From the NCBI RefSeq assembly GCF_000143415.4, contig NW_003314271.1:2733729-2797728 (forward strand): a stretch of DNA of 64,000 nt, written 5' to 3'. The DNA comes from Selaginella moellendorffii (taxonomy: Eukaryota; Plantae; Lycopodiophyta). Positions 62,035-64,000 of this stretch are shown in pieces. A program made the translations under genes and the position numbers. Below the pieces are notes generated by a model. The model saw nothing but the letters and a program-made list of their open reading frames with translations, was not told where the DNA came from and made no database searches. Numbering within the stretch: the first letter of the stretch is position 1; every line of letters begins with the position of its first letter.

Positions 62035-63733
62035 GGGTGGGTTATAGAGGGTTCTAAATGTATAGTAAGGATAGTGGGTAGGTTGGGCATGGCTAACCAA
62101 CCTAAAGCATAGTTTAACTCCCATTTGCATGTTTATCTTTGTTTTGTGTTTGATTTGGGTCTAAGCCTAAGTTTTATACCATGCTAGTTAGTAGAGTACC
62201 CATATTCCCGCATTAGGCCACTAGTATGCTAAAATAGTGCCAAACTCCGTTTAGCTCTGTTTTGGCTAGTCCTGGCATTAAGATGCTAAATACTCTGGGA
62301 CTACTCCAAGTCACTCCATGCTTCTATCCCTTTGCTCCTTGGGCTGTATGTTTGAGAGTTGCTTTGTGCTTTAGTACTTTCGCTCTTTGGCTTTATGCTT
62401 AAGAGTTTGGCTTCATTCCTTCATTTAGTGGCCTAAGACCTTGAAACTTAGCTTCCACTCTATTGTCCTTTGGACATGTGGCATGTGATATGTGGCATAT
62501 AGACAGTTTAAATTCTGCCTCGTGATTATTCTATGGTAAATCACCATAGGATAAAGGACATGTGCTACAGAGTTCTTTGGATGGGAAAATGTATTTTGCA
62601 CCAAATCCAATTGTAGAAGCAGAGTTTCAACTATAGGAGTTTATGGTAAGTTCAAGTGATGCAACAATTTGGAATAAAGAGGTTTTTTCTTCAACAACAA
62701 ATAAGGAGTGATGTGCATCCTCGGTAATAGCAAGTTCTTCAGTGGTAAGCTCAAGAAAAAATGCAAATATAGGACATATGGATAGTGAATCTATATTTAA
62801 GCTACTAAAACCTATGAAAGTTATAAGCACATTAATTCGAAGTATCATTGCAGGAACTTTTGTGCATTGATCCAGACTTTTTGAAGACTATGATAGGGAT
62901 TTGGTCTTTGAGCTTCCACCTTCTAAAAATTCCATGGAGGGGAAGATGAGCATATTTGGGTGAAATATATGGCTTAGAGAGCTAACTACTTTGCAAGAAA
63001 AGTCCAAAGGAGTAGTTCCTTTAATGCTTTAACTTGGACTACTAGACTACAATTAGTTTCAAGAATTCAATTGCAAACAATTTCATGGTGTATTACATAT
63101 ATAACCTTAATAAGGTGAGGTACTTATAGAGCAACTTGATTTTATAAAATGTTACTTTTGCAAGGAGTTTCTATAACGTAAAGGAGAATGTGGAGCTATG
63201 TTGTAACGCATGTGGTTTTGACCCTTTATCCTATGGTGATTTACCATAAGATAACACCACGAAGTGGAACCTAAACCCTCTATATGCCATGTGTCCATAG
63301 GACAGTGGTGTGGAACCCGAGGTTCAGGGCCTTGGGCCACTAAACGAAAAAACGGTGCCAAACTCCTAAGCATGAAGCCAGGGAGTGATGGAACAGGACC
63401 ACGGAGCAACTCTCGAGCCTACAGCCCAAGGAGCGAAGGGACAGGAGCACGGAGCAACTTAGAACAGTCCTAGAGTTTCCAACATCCCAATGCCAGAACT
63501 AGCATGCAAAACAGAGCCAAATGAAGTTTGGTGCTATTTTAGTATACTGATGGCCTAACACGAGAATATAGGTACTCCACTAGCTAGCATGGTGTGGAGT
63601 TTGGGCTTAGACCCAAGCCGGACGCAGAACAAGGACAGGAACGCAAGCAAGAGCTAGACTATGCCTTAAGTTGGTCGACCATGCCCAACCTACCCACTAT
63701 CCTTACTACACATTTGGAACCCCCCACAACCCG
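62035..63733. repeat. Long diverged inverted repeat (arms ~62035-62558 and ~63222-63733) around a ~660-bp AT-rich spacer
   Basis: AGTAAGGATAGTGGGTAGGTTGGGCATGG (62065) vs CCATGCCCAACCTACCCACTATCCTTACT (63679); TATGGTAAATCACCATAGGATAAAGG (62532) vs its reverse complement at ~63223. Confidence 0.85.
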
Positions 63734-64000
63734 CATAACCCCCCTGTAAGCCACAAATTTTTCCTTTCCAATTTGCCAGCTTACCTCGTCTATCCGACCA
63801 ACTTTGCCTTGGCTTGTGCTAAGTTCCCTCGCCAAGGTTCTCGCCTATGGTACCAGCTCCTACTTGGTCCTACTTGGTTTCAGCTACTCATTGCACGAGC
63901 AACGGAGTGTTAGCCATCCATCTACGGATTCCCAAATCTCTCCCAATCCCCCTCCCCGGGCTAGACTGGACTTAAGGTTCGGCTACACTCCCCGCAGGCA

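Overview
Gene-dense eukaryotic plant DNA with very short GT-AG introns and intronless PLS-class PPR genes. It looks like a lycophyte (Selaginella-like) genome, which is an inference. Host genes: DUF760 protein (3' part), WAT1/UMAMIT transporter, three PLS-PPR genes (one DYW), Zn alcohol dehydrogenase plus a pseudogene paralog, a signal-peptide GBP-type GTPase, aprataxin (with an N-terminal PBZ finger), mitochondrial malate dehydrogenase and a CCR4/EEP nuclease. The main feature is an exact four-unit head-to-tail array (21434-40064, about 3266 bp per unit) of an intron-containing tyrosine-recombinase element of Crypton/DUF3504 type. It has no TIR pair at its extreme ends and no conventional TSD. 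It is delimited by a 2-bp TC core, and its two ends form a ~165-bp palindrome only when joined, as expected for a circular intermediate. A self-priming chromovirus (gypsy) with a PEG10-type GGGAAAC frameshift site is nested in unit 4. The window also holds a decayed short-LTR copia element with an internal foldback, a cluster of Crinkler-like restriction-endonuclease-fold and kinase genes (44-55 kb), a TBC/RabGAP pseudogene, and a ~520-bp long inverted repeat near the end. All alignments were done by eye; no database searches were run.
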